A stretch of 64,000 nucleotides of DNA from Xylographa opegraphella (Eukaryota): assembly GCA_022813865.1 (NCBI GenBank), contig JALDZX010000028.1, positions 1-64,000 of the forward strand, read 5' to 3'. The notes beneath the pieces are model-generated. The model was not told the origin of the DNA and did not search any database. It worked only from the letters and a program-made list of their open reading frames with translations. This document shows, one piece after another, positions 1 to 11,998 of the stretch. Each line of letters opens with the position of its first letter. The first letter of the stretch is position 1. Position numbers and translations under genes: made by a program.

Positions 1-61
1 GACGCGCTTTAGTCCCGTTCCGTCTATCACTTGTTAAGGTGCCATGTAACACGCCGTTACA
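1..61 (-). repeat. Inverted copy of an LTR-like/TE terminus (runs off window)
   Basis: The reverse complement of 1-61 matches 176-236 at 59/61 nt; both begin TGTAAC. Confidence 0.7.
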
Positions 62-175
62 GTAGGAAGTCCGCAGCAGCCTAGTTGAGTAGGCAAAGGG
101 GTAGGCAAAAGGATTGTGAAAAGAAGAAAAAACGAATTAACTGCCGTTGTGGCTCTGCTGCTCTATCGCTATATG

Positions 176-271
176 TGTAACGGCGTGTTACATGGCACCT
201 TAATAGGTGATAGACGGAACGGGACTAAAGCGCGTCCGGGACTCAGGCTAGTTCGAAAGCGGTTAGGAGTC
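176..271 (+). mobile_element. LTR-like/TE terminus, truncated by assembly gap
   Basis: Starts TGTAACGGCGTGTTACA (TG start typical of LTRs), is repeated in inverted orientation at 1-61, and runs into the N gap. Confidence 0.5.
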
Positions 272-343
272 NNNNNNNNNNNNNNNNNNNNNNNNNNNNN
301 NNNNNNNNNNNNNNNNNNNNNNNNNNNNNNNNNNNNNNNNNNN
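272..343. other. Assembly gap (72 N)
   Basis: Run of N characters. Confidence 0.99.
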
Positions 344-1012
344 GAAATCGCTCACCTATAGCTGAGGTTCTAGGCCTGCTTTTCTGGTGAGATAGCGAGC
401 CGTAACATTATGTAGATCGTGAGGAAGGAAGCTCGAAATCAAAAAGCGCCCAAAAGACCCGCCCCGAATCCACCACAATATTATTATTGATTTAACCGTT
501 AAACTGATGCTATTTTTAATCTATAACATAAAATACCCCTTGCGTATGTAGGAGACTTTTGTGCGTACGTGCAGTACCGCGCGCTTTGACCCCTGGCCCT
601 ACCCCTGCAAAAGCCCCTGCATGCATTTGCGGCCACTAGCGGATTCTAAGGACTTTTGGTGTGTGGCTCCGTATGCTCAGCCTCGTGCAACGTAATTTGT
701 GACCGAGGACGCGCCTTGTGGATTCAGTGAGAGGCACACTCATCACAGTATCAGTTCATTAGCTTTGGTCTATCGTACGAGCGCAGCCTAGGGACCCAGA
801 GCCTACTACAATGTCGTTGTTAGCATTCTTCGTAGTCACAGTCGAGTACGCCGAGGCGAGCCAGCCATCAAGAGAGCAGCAAGAATGGGAACAGAGATTT
901 GAGGTGTCTGCCATACTGCGACCACGGAAAGAGTCGGAGCCGCAAAGATGGTGATTTGTACTTGACGCTCGACGTTGATATATAGACAATCCCGACAGCG
1001 CGTAAATACACC

Positions 1013-3019
1013 CTAGGCATTGAACGGTTTCTGCCCGAGTACAACCCGCCTATCCGCAAGTTAATACTACGTCCATATCCGCAGCACGGAAGGTTGTCGA
1101 CTTACACGTCCACATAGATATGACTCGACCGGTCTAATATCTGCTTCCTCACCCCCACCAAGAACAGCTCCACCGCCTCGCGGCTCCATCCCAAATGCCT
1201 CGTCAGCAGCGCCATACTCACCCCCTGTAGCCCCTGCAACGTGTTCTCCAGCATCCACCTCCCGATCTCTTTCTCCTTCTTCCCCTTCGCCCAGCTGCCG
1301 ATCGGCCACTTGATCGTCTCGTACCGAATATTCACAAATCCCTGCTGGGCCAATTGCTCCTCGAATTTCTCGCACGCCGTAGGATTGATGCCCACCTTCT
1401 CCGCTGCCTCCATCACCCGATAACTCCACTCACGGAAGGGCGACTCTTTGCCCGCGTCATCGTCGGCACATCGGACGGGGAACTGTAGCTCCTGCATCTC
1501 GAGCCAGGCGCCAGGCTTCATGTAGCTCCAGCTCTGGCGAAAGAAGCGTGGCCAGTCGTGCATCCCGAGCACGAGCATGCGCGCGTGGATGAAGTCGAAT
1601 TTCTGGTCGTAAACCCAATCTTCCTCTACATTGTCGACGATGAAGCTGCAGTTCGGAGGCACGAGGGTAGGCTGAATGGGCGACAGATCTACGCCGATGA
1701 CTTCAACGGAAGGGTGCTCTTGCGCGAACTCGATGGCCCAGATGCCGGTACCGGTACCGACGTCGAGGACACGGCCAATATTGCCAGAGATGGGAGAGAG
1801 ATATAGGGCACCGTTGAGGGTTAGACGCCAAACATGGTGTTGTAGATCTGGGTTGAATTAAAATAGGATTCGAGGGAAGAAGCGGGGAGAGTACCAAGTC
1901 GGTCGGTCTCGATCTGGAAGCGGCCTGGTAAGAGCCACGCATCCTCTGAAATCGGATTCAATGCAAACTCACCTCGTCGTTGGGAAGATAGTATGCTGTA
2001 ATCAGTTAGCATAGTATAGAGTTCTCAAGGCTCATCAATTGCTTTTACCTCCGTCGTGATATGCGTGGTATCTCCGGCCGTGCTCGAAGCGGTAATCCGT
2101 GACCGAGGAGCTTATTGATGTGGTTAAACTGGTCAAATATTAATGAATAGTTTCAGCTTGTTTTCTACTCTCTACGAACGAAGACGTGTCACTGCCAAGC
2201 GCAGAGTCCGTATCCGAAGACTGAAAACTCATTAGCCATGTGTGTCAGCCTTGGAATGAGCTGTCCTACATCAACGTCTAATGTGCGGCCAACTGGTACT
2301 TGGTTGTCCTCATGACCGGGCTGGTCCCAGATTTCTGCTTGCGTTGGATGATGGCTCTCGTCCGATGTGTCCATATGATCTCCATGCTGGACCGGACTGG
2401 AAATAGTGGGTACCAGGGGAGGATGACTATGTTCGGAAGAGCCATCTGGCTCTACAGGGGGCATATCCGTCGGAAAAGGTATTTCTGACGAGCTATGCTC
2501 CTTCATAGTGTTTACATGTTCCGTAAGGATTGCCTGACTTGTCAGAGTCGCAGTCGCCGCCAAGACGTCGTTACTATGCGGCAGGAATGCCGCGTGAGAA
2601 GAGCTGGGTTCGTCTATATTGATCAATTGCGCCAAGTCTCCATTCTGTGCCGAAGGATCCAAAGATTCTGAGATATCCGCATGCCCTACTGAAGCCAGCG
2701 GCTCTTCAGGCTTCGCTTCCACGATCTCTGGAAAGTTAGGCTGTTCGAGAGCAGCCAGTGGTCCCGAGAAGTGCTTCTCTTTCCGATCTGTTGTTTGCGC
2801 CAGCGGATAGTCCGGTTCGGAAGTGAGTCGCTGCTCGGAAGGTTGATTCGAGTGCCAGAATGGATTGATATGTGCCAATGGATGATAGGGTTCCGAACGG
2901 ACTGGCTCCGGTACTTGAACATCAGGAAGATATTTGGTTTGCTCAACCGGGATTGCAGCGTCGAGAAGAGTGCTCTCTGATGGAGCCTCCACCGCCACGC
3001 CAGTACCTTGTTCTGCCAT
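1013..3019 (-). CDS. SAM-dependent methyltransferase, LaeA-like/TAM (Methyltransf_23) family, multi-exon, with long acidic N-terminal extension
   Basis: Spliced exons read SDTDSALG, SVTDYRFEHGRRYHAY, VLDVGTGTGIWAIEF, FDFIHAR, PGAWLE, WPIGSW and terminal VVLGQKP; stop at 1013-1015. Confidence 0.9.
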
Positions 3020-4089
3020 GTTAACGGATGCGATACAAACTAATATTTTACAGCTTGTTGTTCAAGCACCAACTCGAAATAGGTGCTCCTTCGATTGAGA
3101 ACGATAATTCAAATTCCATTACAAATTCCATTACAAGGTAACAGAGAAGTGGGTGCAACCCAGCCCCACGAAAGTGGATGAGCTCTCGGCCCAAGATTAG
3201 CGAGGCATTGAGGCGCATTTTAGTGCTCCTTCGCGGACGAGATTCCTTGCGGCCGCGAGAAAGTCTTATCTTAGCCCTAGCAGTGGGCCGGCCTTTGCCT
3301 GACCGAATCTAGCTTCAGCCATTGCGCATGGGGGCCTGTTGTGGAGCTTAACACGACGGGACAGTGGGAAGAAACAACCAGCCAGCGATTGCGTAGGTAT
3401 TCTGGAATATGTCGTGAGACGCAGGATACCTGCATGCGCATCCGCTAGCAAACATGAGAACGGTGATTCCGATAGGTACAGTTCCTTACATGACTCAGCT
3501 TCAGCACAATGACCTACGAAACATTGAACAGTCGAGCGCTATATGGCGTGAATTATTACGACACTGGGAAATGATTCTTACTTTATCATTCATACCAGAT
3601 AGTTCGAATATTCTTTCACTTCAGACTCAGGCCCAGTTTGCCGAAAGATTATCATGACTGTCGCGTCCAAGGAGCTCATCGACTTCTATATTTTATTGAA
3701 CTCACTAGTTAATGCCAGAATATTATGGAAACTTCAAGAGCATAACATGAGACCGAAGAAGGTACATCTGTTAGGCAAAGGAAACATGTCGGCACATCGA
3801 AAGAGTGGTTGACAACGACCGTACATACTATTATCTATGTAAGATTACCAACTGCAAAGCCAGCACTTAGGGTAGGCTAGTTCTGTTAGCTACCTATCAC
3901 ACCTAAACATAGCTCGCCTACGAACCAAACCAGGAGTTTCAACAATTTTTACTCGGTAAGGAACGCTGGGAAGCAAGGCCAGAGGCGGCCATGATGTACT
4001 GCCAGTGGTCAGTAAGGCGCTGACGGGTGCAAGTAATCAAAAGAGATTATAGCATCGGTGATCTCGCGGGTGTACCATTCCTTTCAACC

Positions 4090-4680
4090 TCAATCCATCT
4101 CCCACCGCACCCATGCGCTCCCGTCTTCGAACCTTTGAATCGAGTGAAAATGAGAATTAGCGCCCGGTCGATTGATTACACGCAGCTGCTCAGCGGAGAG
4201 ACCTGATGGAGCGGAAAGGCCTGGTGGACGATAGTTTATGCTTCTGGGAGGATAGCCACCTCTAACATGAGAAGAATAGTGGTCTGCAGTATTGGTACGA
4301 TAACGAACCGGCATGTTGGCATGGTGGTTCTCCCTGGCGCGTAGAGGATAATACCCGACATCATACGGCGCTCGGTCTGCGTCGATGAAATCCCGAGCTT
4401 CGTCATCGCTCATGTCATGGTCCAGGTACAGCATGTCCACACGTTCCGGCGTACTATTTATCAGTATAGGGACCCGTAAATTCCTTCCGGCGAAGAGTTC
4501 GACATTGAACACGCATAGTTCGTTATTGTGGTCGGACCTACAATGCCGCCAGGGCCCTTGAATGAAATACAGGGTCGGGTTACCGCAAGGCAGATTCGAT
4601 CGGTGATTATATTCAGGGCATGGCACGATCACGGTGACGGATCCTCCACAGTCGAAGAGGAAAGAGTAGAAAGTACACAT
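4090..4680 (-). CDS. Hypothetical protein with N-terminal Cys-rich (possible Zn-binding) motif
   Basis: 196-aa ATG ORF beginning MCx8CG..PC..C..C..C; TATAAA on the minus strand about 140 nt upstream. Confidence 0.55.
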   Translation of the reverse strand: MCTFYSFLFDCGGSVTVIVPCPEYNHRSNLPCGNPTLYFIQGPWRHCRSDHNNELCVFNVELFAGRNLRVPILINSTPERVDMLYLDHDMSDDEARDFIDADRAPYDVGYYPLRARENHHANMPVRYRTNTADHYSSHVRGGYPPRSINYRPPGLSAPSGLSAEQLRVINRPGANSHFHSIQRFEDGSAWVRWEMD

Positions 4681-6465
4681 ACTCTACACTCAAGTAGGCA
4701 CGAAAAATTGGGAGCGACTCGAGTACAAATGGTAAACCGTAGTCCGGAGGAGAGTATTGGGATTTAGCTTGGTCGGAATAGGGATGATTAACGAGACTTG
4801 ATATTGTTGATAGACAAAAGCTTTATAGATTAATTGTGCGGGACAATCGAAATCGCGGAGTCCAACAACAATGCTCACTAACAGAGCGGTGACTCTGGAG
4901 CTGTATTGTTTGCCTTGGCATTCCCGCATGACGACTTCAACTAACGCTTTTGAGAATCGGAGACACATAAAGGATGACTTGCTGTATCGACAGCGAAGTG
5001 TTCCTCCAAAGCTGTCGTAGTACCGTGTCATAAACACTGTATCTGGCCGATAATTTTCTAGTTGCTCTGGAAACAATAATATCGAAAGGGAAGCTGACAC
5101 AGTGTTTATGTCACCATCACAAGCGCACACTGAGCTACTAGCATCAAAAGAAGATGGAGGGAATGCATAATAATGCATCGACACAGGATCTGTCGTAGTT
5201 GGTCCTGTTGGGTAGTTGGGAACTGCCGACTTCGACACCTGACGCTTTGATATTTCTGTAATTTATGGATGAACTTTCAGGCTAACATGCGAGCCAACGT
5301 ATTGAATAGACCTCTCTCATTGGCCAGAATCAACGTCAGGTCTTGGCGTTTCCATGCGTCTGAAAGTCTAAATCGATATTCTCAGCCCTACCGCCAGATG
5401 CAATAGGTAAGACCAGCGTGCAGTCTTTCTCCTATTTTTCAAACGACACTGCTTGCCATACGTACGAGTCAAAGAGATGGCTGTGGCGAACACAACGACA
5501 GCTTCCAGCTTGCTCATGCTGGACACACGGAAGCATGGCAAATAGAAATGTGCTCTCCCAGTTATCGCGGATCATGGTTTGTCATCGTGTGCTGTTAGAA
5601 GGACACAGTCTTTCGATATGAACAAGAAGCAATGTCCACAAAGACAGTGACTCACTCGCGTCTCATGCATCCATTCATTCGATCACATGCAACGCCCAGA
5701 TGTATTTAGCGATTCCTTCGTAAAGCACACATAGTCCGGGCCCGCCTCAACCTTCCACTCAACTCAAGTCTCATTCTTCGGATCAAGGTAGTGCTTTCAT
5801 ACGTATGACCTGGCTCTTCACTCGATAGCCAGTAAAGCTGTGCTCGGGTTCATATACTTGAACTCCAGATTCCATACCCAACTTGTGGTGGTTTAGCTGC
5901 CGTGGCAGCTGCGTGGCGTAAGCTTCATGTTGCCGCAAATCTCGTCCATGTTGGTGGAGGAGAGCGGAGAAGTCTAGTGACAAGTACCTGTTTTCCATGT
6001 CTTCGTTTGCAGTATGGCAGCAACGATGACTGAGGTTCGTCATAATTGTTTTCTTCGAATCTTAGCTGACTCAGTATCTCATGGTCACCTGCCGATTCGA
6101 GGTATTACAGAAGTTTTTATGGGTTCACTCGTTAGTCGTGCTTCAAAGGAAATCACTGGCGCGCAAAAGCATGAAAAGCGTAACCTCGGAATCGCATAGA
6201 TTGTGGTCGGATGTCGCAACCTGTCGCGTCAAGCAGCCCATCATGCGCTCTGGCCCCGTATATAGGTTATAGCAAGAGGCGTGCTGAAGGAATGAAACTA
6301 AACAGCCTTGATCAGTAAATCAAGTCAAGTAAAAACTCTTGTGAAATTGAGTACATGCTTATCGATGCTAACTCATGGCTTCTCCTAGGCCAAGTGAGGT
6401 ATATGGTAGATTCCGGCGGTATGTTTCCCGCGGTTCAATTGCCTCAGGTGTGCAGGTTTCACTGA

Positions 6466-8781
6466 TTGATCTTTCTAATGGAGTTTAGCCTTCCATGGAG
6501 GACGTTTGCGCTCGAGCGACCAGATCCGCTTCGGTCACGCCACATTTGTCCAGATATTGACATAAGAAGTTATTTCAACAGTTTTCAAGGCACTCAACAT
6601 GGACCTTTACTTAGCCTGGGTCATCTCTCCCAGATCCGTGAGCGTACGGATTGCGAATTATGCGTTCTGGTAGCAGCGTGTTTCCGACATGTTCCAGCAA
6701 ATGCAGATCTTGAATGTGTTCCTTTGCTTGAGCCTATGGCTCGGCGATTCAAGGAAGAAGGAAGTCTTAATTCCCTGAATCATAGGCCACAGATCAACAT
6801 TTTTCTTCGAATCGTTGATCGCAACATTATTGGCCAGCGCATGGTTGCTCTCAACCAAACATATTTGGATGATGTTTTCACTGGCCTACAGGTAGTAGTT
6901 CCAGATGGACCTGAAGGGTCTACCATATGCGGCCGCCACGTTAAACGTTTCGTTGATATGGCACTATGCCGCCAGTGGTTACACGCTTGCGAGAGTAATC
7001 ATGCGAGTCACTGCATTTCAGGACCGCGATCTGAAGGACTTGAAGAAGCTGTCGAGTATATGAACCTCATCGATGTCAGGCGTCGCCGTATCGTTAAAGC
7101 CATGCCCAATTCGAGATATGTTGCGCTGAGCTATGTATGGGGGCCGGCCTCGTTGCAAAAATTTCAAGCCACAAACGACAAATTCAGCACTTTTAGTGGT
7201 CAAATCGACGGAATACGACTCCCAAAGCGCTTGCCGAAGACGATCGAGGATGCCATGCATGTTGTCAGCCAAATGAAGGAGCACTTTCTTTGGGTTGATT
7301 CACTATGTATTATACAGGACGACCTTGAAGCCAGGAATCACCAAATATCGTACATGAATGTTATTTATGGTAATGCCGTTGTGACCATTGTTGCAGCATG
7401 TGGCTCGGATTCAAATGCCGGTCTTCCAGGAGTTGGAAGTACACCACGCCCCAGTCCGCTGGTTAAGAATGTGCAAGGTATACAGCTCATGACGGTCCTG
7501 CCATCAGCAGAAGAGTGCATCATGAAGTCCACCTGGAACAAGAGAGGGTGGACGCTACAAGAGAAGTTCTTCTCGCAACGATTCCTAATATTCACCCAAC
7601 ACCAGGTTCACTTCCGTTGTGGGACTGGATCTTGGCGGGAAGACATGCGTGGATTGCAGTGGCATCACGAATTTGCGAACTCCGAAAGGGAGGCTGATGT
7701 GTATGTTTCTCGATCGTCTTCATCGCCTCAGAGAACCAAGACACCGATGGAGATGCCATTAGGCCCATACCGATCGGAGGATATGCTCGAGCTGCACACA
7801 GGTTTCACTGCTCTGGTTGAAGACTATACATCGAGGGAGCTTACGAAGAGCTCCGATATTATTCATGCCGTTGTCGGAGTCGCTCGTGCTATGTTACCCG
7901 CATGGGGCACATTTGTGTGCGGGCTTCCGTTATCCGCATTTCCTTGGGTCTTGCTTTGGAGACATCAAGTTCCGCTCGTCAGGCGGCCATTGTTCTTTTC
8001 AAGCGGTAGCCGAAAAGACTATAGCTATCCCAGTTGGTCTTGGGCCGGTTGGCAGGGCCCCATTAAATATATTCACGATCGTGACATTTTAATAAACTCA
8101 AGATCAAGGGTGATATGGTATGAAAAGAACGAAATTGTAGGTACCAGAGCTTTGAGACCAAAAATCGACGAAACTCGCTTTTACAGTAAATCATTTCTTT
8201 CGTATGAAAACGGCAACCACGTACCTAATATTGTGATGGACAGCACGATACTGTCAGGTCACGAGAGCACGACATTATTGTTTTGGGCATCAAGCGCCAT
8301 CTTCCGTCTAGATGGTGGACTCATGAGTCGAGAACCTATGAGGATTGTTGGTACTAATGTACAGCTACCCACCTTGGCGATATATGACCGCAAAGGAAAT
8401 TGGGTCGGGCAAGCCATCCTAGACGAGGGACCATTTGGACAAGTTGGCACCAACGGATGCCATAATGGCACCTTTCACAAGCTCATTTGTCTATCGCAGA
8501 CAAGCTGTGACACATTTGGATTTTGGGTTAAGTTCGACCATGAATATCGCACATATTCCCGCAAAGGTGAACGAAATGATAATGCAAAGGGTCACAAAAA
8601 ATATGAGGATCAAGTTACTGAATACGACAACTGGGGATGGCTGAACGTCCTCGTTGTCAAGCCTTCGTCCAGAGTGCCACCCGATAACCCACCAGCATTT
8701 GTAAGAGCAGGAATAGGCATGATTCGGATGGAAGCATGGAAAGCCGCGGACCCGTACTGGCGTCTAATCAACCTCCAATAA
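6466..8781 (+). CDS. HET-domain (heterokaryon incompatibility, TOL-like) protein; true start probably in a short upstream exon
   Basis: Motifs LIDV, YVALSYVWG, LPKTIEDA, LWVDSLCIIQDD, MNVIYGNA, WNKRGWTLQE, LVEDYTSRELT, PSWSWAGW. Confidence 0.92.
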   Translation: MIFLMEFSLPWRTFALERPDPLRSRHICPDIDIRSYFNSFQGTQHGPLLSLGHLSQIRERTDCELCVLVAACFRHVPANADLECVPLLEPMARRFKEEGSLNSLNHRPQINIFLRIVDRNIIGQRMVALNQTYLDDVFTGLQVVVPDGPEGSTICGRHVKRFVDMALCRQWLHACESNHASHCISGPRSEGLEEAVEYMNLIDVRRRRIVKAMPNSRYVALSYVWGPASLQKFQATNDKFSTFSGQIDGIRLPKRLPKTIEDAMHVVSQMKEHFLWVDSLCIIQDDLEARNHQISYMNVIYGNAVVTIVAACGSDSNAGLPGVGSTPRPSPLVKNVQGIQLMTVLPSAEECIMKSTWNKRGWTLQEKFFSQRFLIFTQHQVHFRCGTGSWREDMRGLQWHHEFANSEREADVYVSRSSSSPQRTKTPMEMPLGPYRSEDMLELHTGFTALVEDYTSRELTKSSDIIHAVVGVARAMLPAWGTFVCGLPLSAFPWVLLWRHQVPLVRRPLFFSSGSRKDYSYPSWSWAGWQGPIKYIHDRDILINSRSRVIWYEKNEIVGTRALRPKIDETRFYSKSFLSYENGNHVPNIVMDSTILSGHESTTLLFWASSAIFRLDGGLMSREPMRIVGTNVQLPTLAIYDRKGNWVGQAILDEGPFGQVGTNGCHNGTFHKLICLSQTSCDTFGFWVKFDHEYRTYSRKGERNDNAKGHKKYEDQVTEYDNWGWLNVLVVKPSSRVPPDNPPAFVRAGIGMIRMEAWKAADPYWRLINLQ

Positions 8782-9115
8782 CCGTAAGTCGAGTGCGGTC
8801 TGAACGGAAGAAGATCATGAACCGGTCTTTGAGTGTCTAAGGTAGTATTGGCCAGTATTGTGGGTAGAAAAACCTAGGGTCAAAGCATACCGCTGGTTAC
8901 TCCGCACGGTACAGAGGTACATTAGGTCGTGCATAGAGTTATGCAACCAGTTATGCAAATCGAGAGACATGCAAGCGAAAGGCGAAATGATTTCATCGAC
9001 GCATCATTGCATCACGAGTAAAGTGCTGTGGACATAACTACGAGCTTACAATGGCGCATTTCTGGAGGAACACTGGATTCTTCGGACTCGACGCTTATTT
9101 TGATCCGCATCCACA

Positions 9116-10272
9116 ATGGCACAGCTCATCACTGGCAATAAGTTTGATCCTAACAAGGACATTCCCGATTTGAATGGCAGGGTACCACCAGACACACGTT
9201 CCCATTCTGCTTTCATGTGTTGACCGATCATTCCAGGTATATGTTGTTACCGGAGGCGCAGCTGGTATTGGCTTTGGGATTACTGCACATCTGCTCCAGC
9301 ACAATCCCGCCCACATCTACTTGCTTGGCAAGAAGGAATCTCATGCCGAAGAGGCTATGAAAGAGTTTGAAAAGTATGGGGACGTGAGCAAGGTCGAATT
9401 CGTGAAATGTGAGCTAGAAGACTTAAAGCAAGTGGACAAGGTGGCGAAAGAGCTGTCAAAACTACCACAGATTGATGGGGTTCGTCATTGGTCTACACAG
9501 CCAAGATAAAGGGTGCATGTCTAATCTCGACAACAGCTCATTTGCAACGCTGGCCTTGGCGTGGGTGATTATTACGAAACGGGCGACGGCTTAGGTATGT
9601 GCCATTCCTCGCATCCGATCTTGATCGTCAAATGCTCACTACTTCCCAGACTCCCACATGCAAGTGAACCACATCTCCCAATTCCATCTCACCATGATGC
9701 TTCTCCCTGTTCTTCAAAAGACCCCGAACTCGCGACTTGTCCTTCAATCCAGCGACCTACACCGCGCTGCTCCTTCCTCGACGAAATTTGCTTCCATTGA
9801 TGAGATCAATACCGACATTGGCCCCATGCTTCTCTACAACCGCACGAAACTCGCTCAGGTACTATTCGTGCGTGCGCTGGTGCGGCGACTCGAGAAGGGT
9901 AAGCTGCGGTTCACCAAGTCTGCGATGACAGGACCGTTCATAAACGCTGTACATCCTGGAGGGGTGCAGACCGACCAGCAGAAGCAGGCCGTCGAGGCAT
10001 ACGGCACGATGGGCAAGATCGGAGTCGCCGCTGTAAAGCCCATGCTGAAGGATCCGGTAGACGAGGGCTGCAGGCCGGCGCTGTTTGCCGCGGCGGCGGA
10101 CGATATCGTGACAGAAAAGATTCAGGGGCAGTATATTGTCCCTGATCGGAAAGTGACGGAACCTTCCAAACAGGCGAAAGATGAAGAGCTTGGGGAGCAG
10201 TTGTGGAAGATCACAGAAGAGATCCTGGAGCAGAAATTGGGACCCTTGCCTTACGCGGGACACGGACTATGA
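9116..10272 (+). CDS. Short-chain dehydrogenase/reductase (retinol dehydrogenase-like), 4 exons
   Basis: DIPDLNGR/VYVVTGGAAGIG Rossmann motif, NAG, catalytic YNRTK and VHPG; GT-AG introns join the ORF pieces. Confidence 0.92.
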
Positions 10273-10744
10273 AAATTGAACACAGTTTGTAGATCAGTCT
10301 TCAGGCCTCTTCTGTCCGCGATGATAAATCTTAGTTATTGCTTGCCCCACTGATGAAGTTATAAGCTATTGTAGCATTCAGTGTGTACGGTAGTGCCAAA
10401 AAGCCTACGTTGGATCCCATAAAACGAGACATCGAGGGATTTATTACATGACGAAACAGCTTTATACTTATTAGTACCTCCGTAAGGTACCACATTGAAA
10501 TCGGATGAAAAACCACGCTAAGCCAAGCTCTACGAGTAATAACGTGAAACCATCCTCTGCGCTAGTGAAACTCTAAAGATCCCAGCCAAGCGTCGCTTAC
10601 TTAAGCTTATCTCCAAGCCCGGTAGCCCACAGCGTCAGTAGCCACTAGGGTACCGTAAGCTCCGGGCCTTATTGACAACCGATCTTCAACACGAAAACAC
10701 AACATTTACAATCCACCTGACCCCATACCCCCACCACCCCAACC

Positions 10745-11998
10745 ATGAAAGTCCCCGTAGCCGCCAACATCCTCGGCACCATCGGCGCAGTACCTCCTCC
10801 CCTCCCCCTCTCCCTGCCCATCCCCTCCTCCCTGCCCCCACTTCACACATGCAACCCCCTAACTCCCACCCCCGCCCAAAACAGATCTGCTGGTCCGTAC
10901 AACTTATCCCGCAAATCGTGCTCAACCACCGGCGGCGCTCGACCGAGGGTCTGCAGCCGTCGATGATGCTCCTCTGGGCCGCGGCCGGCGTCCCGCTGGG
11001 CATCTACAACATCGTCTCGGCGTTCAACGTCGCGCTGCGCGTGCAGCCCCAGATCCTCACGCTGCTGAGCCTGGCGACGTGGATGCAGTGCTGCTACTAC
11101 GGGAAGGTGCGTACGAAGAGTTGTCGTTATTCCCTCGGGTTTTTCTTTCTCGCTGGTTTGTGGTATTCTCTGGCGGGGGTTCGGCCGCTTTCTGTGTGCG
11201 TGTGTGTGTGTGTGTGTGTTTTGAAGTTTTGAAACAAAGTTATGTGTTCGCACATGCTGAGTGTGAACCCCAGGGCTGGGCCCCGAGCACCTGCCTCGCG
11301 GCCGCGGCTCCGATCGTCGCTCTGTGCGCGGGCGCGCAAGCCGGGCTGATCGTGGCGCTGCGCGTGGCGGTGGCGCGGGGCGTGCGGTGGCCGGTCACGC
11401 TGATGGCGGTGCTGAGCGCGGCCTTGCTGGCGGCGGGCGTGTTGCGGCATTACTGGGACATCTACACGCACCGCACGGTGAGGGGGATTAGCTTCGTCTT
11501 CGTGGGCATCGATGCCGCGGGCGATTTGTTCAGCTTGGTGTCGGTTTGTGAGTCGTTCTTTTTGCTTTCCTGGTTACTGCTAGCCCCCCCCACCCCCCCC
11601 CCCTTCCTCACCTGCACGGTTTCAGATGAGAGGTAAGGATGATCGGAGAGTGTATGGGGTTGCGGGGTATCGGAAGAGTCTGTCGGGGATGATGGATCTG
11701 ATCCGTGCCTGTAGTTTTCGAGCCGGCGTTGAATGTCCAGGGGATGGCTATCTATGGGACAGAGCTTGCGCTGTGGATCGGGGTGTTTGCTTGCGGGGGA
11801 TACTTTAATTTGCTGCCGTGGGTGAGGAAGGGGATCAGTGAGCGACAGAGAGTAAGGGAGGAGCAAGAGGCACAGGCAAGAGAGACGGGCATCACTTTGC
11901 AGGATTTGCCGTCGTCGACTTCGGTTTTTCGGACGGCGTCCGAGGAGGTCGATGGGCCAGTGAGTAGGGGCTCGAGAGTTAGGTCTGAGGAAGGATAG
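10745..11998 (+). CDS. PQ-loop repeat membrane protein, multi-exon
   Basis: ANILGTIGA/ICWSVQLIPQI...STEGL, second repeat HRTVRGIS..FVGIDAAGDLFSL, several hydrophobic helices. Confidence 0.88.
11193..11219 (+). repeat. (TG)n microsatellite in an intron of the PQ-loop gene
   Basis: tgtgtgcgtgtgtgtgtgtgtgtgtgt. Confidence 0.9.

Noticed and set aside
4690..5238. 182-aa ORF upstream of the Cys-rich orphan
   Set aside because: Non-ATG start, overlaps the presumed promoter/TATA region, and has no recognisable motif.
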